Shown: piece by piece, positions 23,132-24,000 of the stretch | How positions within the stretch are numbered: position 1 is the stretch's first letter | Layout: every line of letters starts with the position of its first letter | DNA from: Bacilli bacterium | GTDB lineage: Bacteria; Bacillota_I; Bacilli_A; RFN20; CAG-826 | NCBI GenBank assembly: GCA_041654095.1 | Contig: JBAZED010000006.1 | Location: 40,935-64,934 of the forward strand | DNA length: 24,000 nt | Direction of reading: 5' to 3' | Made by a program: the position numbers and the translations under genes | The notes under the pieces: generated by a model | Seen by the model: only the letters and a program-made list of their open reading frames with translations | Told to the model about the DNA's origin: nothing | Databases searched by the model: none

Positions 23132-23992
23132 ATGGCATTAGTAAATATGAAAGAAATGCTTATAAAAGCATTAAAAGAAAAGTATGCAGTCGGACAATTC
23201 AATATCAACAACGTGGAATGGACAGCGGCGGTTCTTGAAGAAGTTCAAGAATTGAAAGCCCCCGTTATTCTCGGGGTCAGTGAAGGCGCCGCAAAATACA
23301 TGGGTGGGTTTAACACGATTGTCGGCATGGTTCGCGGCTACCTCAAAGACCGGAACATCACCGTCCCCGTCGCCATCCACCTCGATCACGGCAGCTCCTA
23401 TGAAGTTTGCGTCAAAGCCATCAACGCCGGTTTCACCTCCGTCATGATCGATGGTTCTCACTATCCGCTAGCAGAAAATATCGCCATCACGAAGAAAGTC
23501 GTCGACTACGCTCATCAGCGCGGAGTGTCGGTCGAAGCCGAGCTGGGCCGCGTCGGTGGTCAAGAAGAAGAAGTCATCGCCGAGACGATGTATGCGATTC
23601 CCACCGAATGCATTCGCATGGTCAAAGAGACGGGCATCGATTGTTTAGCACCGGCTCTCGGCTCAGTCCACGGACCTTACAAAGGCGAACCTAAATTAGG
23701 TTTTAAAGAGATGGCCGCGATTCGCGATTTACTCAAATCTGTCCCCCTTGTTTTACACGGTGGCTCGGGCATTCCCGACTTCCAAATCAAGATGGCCATC
23801 GAGCGCGGAACGAGCAAGATAAACGTCAATACCGAGTGTCAGCAAGAATGGACGAAAATCGTTCGCGAAGTCATCGCGAATGATTCAAAAGTCTATGATC
23901 CGCGGAAAATCATCGGCCCAGGCATGAAGGGTATCCGAAATGTCGTTCGTGCCAAATGCGAAATTTTTGGATGTGTCGGCAAAGCCGAGTAA
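23132..23992 (+). CDS. fba: Class II fructose-1,6-bisphosphate aldolase
   Basis: 286 aa with the metal and substrate motifs HLDHG, MIDGS, EAELG.VGG.E, SVHG.YK and [16 protein letters not shown] lies upstream. Confidence 0.95.
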   Translation: MALVNMKEMLIKALKEKYAVGQFNINNVEWTAAVLEEVQELKAPVILGVSEGAAKYMGGFNTIVGMVRGYLKDRNITVPVAIHLDHGSSYEVCVKAINAGFTSVMIDGSHYPLAENIAITKKVVDYAHQRGVSVEAELGRVGGQEEEVIAETMYAIPTECIRMVKETGIDCLAPALGSVHGPYKGEPKLGFKEMAAIRDLLKSVPLVLHGGSGIPDFQIKMAIERGTSKINVNTECQQEWTKIVREVIANDSKVYDPRKIIGPGMKGIRNVVRAKCEIFGCVGKAE

Positions 23993-24000
23993 GAAGATAA

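Noticed and set aside
1-24000. I scanned for CRISPR repeats, IS or transposase ends, integrases, tRNA/rRNA genes, long direct repeats and TGA-as-Trp recoding.
   Set aside because: None was seen. Intergenic regions are all 192 nt or shorter and are accounted for by promoters, SDs or the one terminator. TGA clearly acts as a stop at 12574, 14914 and 21036.

Overview
This window is almost entirely coding, housekeeping chromosome from a Bacillota (Bacilli-like) organism. Hallmark genes are RecU, GpsB, a type-B RNase P RNA, RNase Y, YmdB, a YmcA-like protein and the RNA polymerase delta subunit. Several B. subtilis-like synteny blocks are kept: nth/recU; gpsB-rnpB; pgsA-cinA-recA then rny-ymdB; miaB-ymcA; and ispF followed by a gltX-type gene. 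TGA terminates fhs, the ABC permease and the gltX-like gene, so the standard genetic code applies. I annotate 26 CDS (23 on +, 3 on -), one ncRNA (rnpB), one clear rho-independent terminator, a few candidate sigma-A promoters and one 24-bp palindrome. I saw no transposase, integrase, CRISPR array, tRNA, rRNA or recognisable defence or toxin genes. I do not see a clear-cut novel multi-gene system. Four items are worth a second look. (1) A full-length GluRS-fold protein sits at the canonical gltX position, but nearly every catalytic signature is substituted. (2) A three-gene MacB/FtsX-type ABC system includes an NBD-permease fusion with a ~520-aa extracytoplasmic domain, possibly inserted between a DUF951 gene and ychF. 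(3) rnpB is packed with zero spacer between the gpsB stop codon and the pgsA ribosome-binding site. (4) A divergently oriented XRE regulator has an ambiguous start and a near-perfect palindrome. All homology calls were made by eye against remembered family signatures. No database search or computation beyond hand counting was possible.
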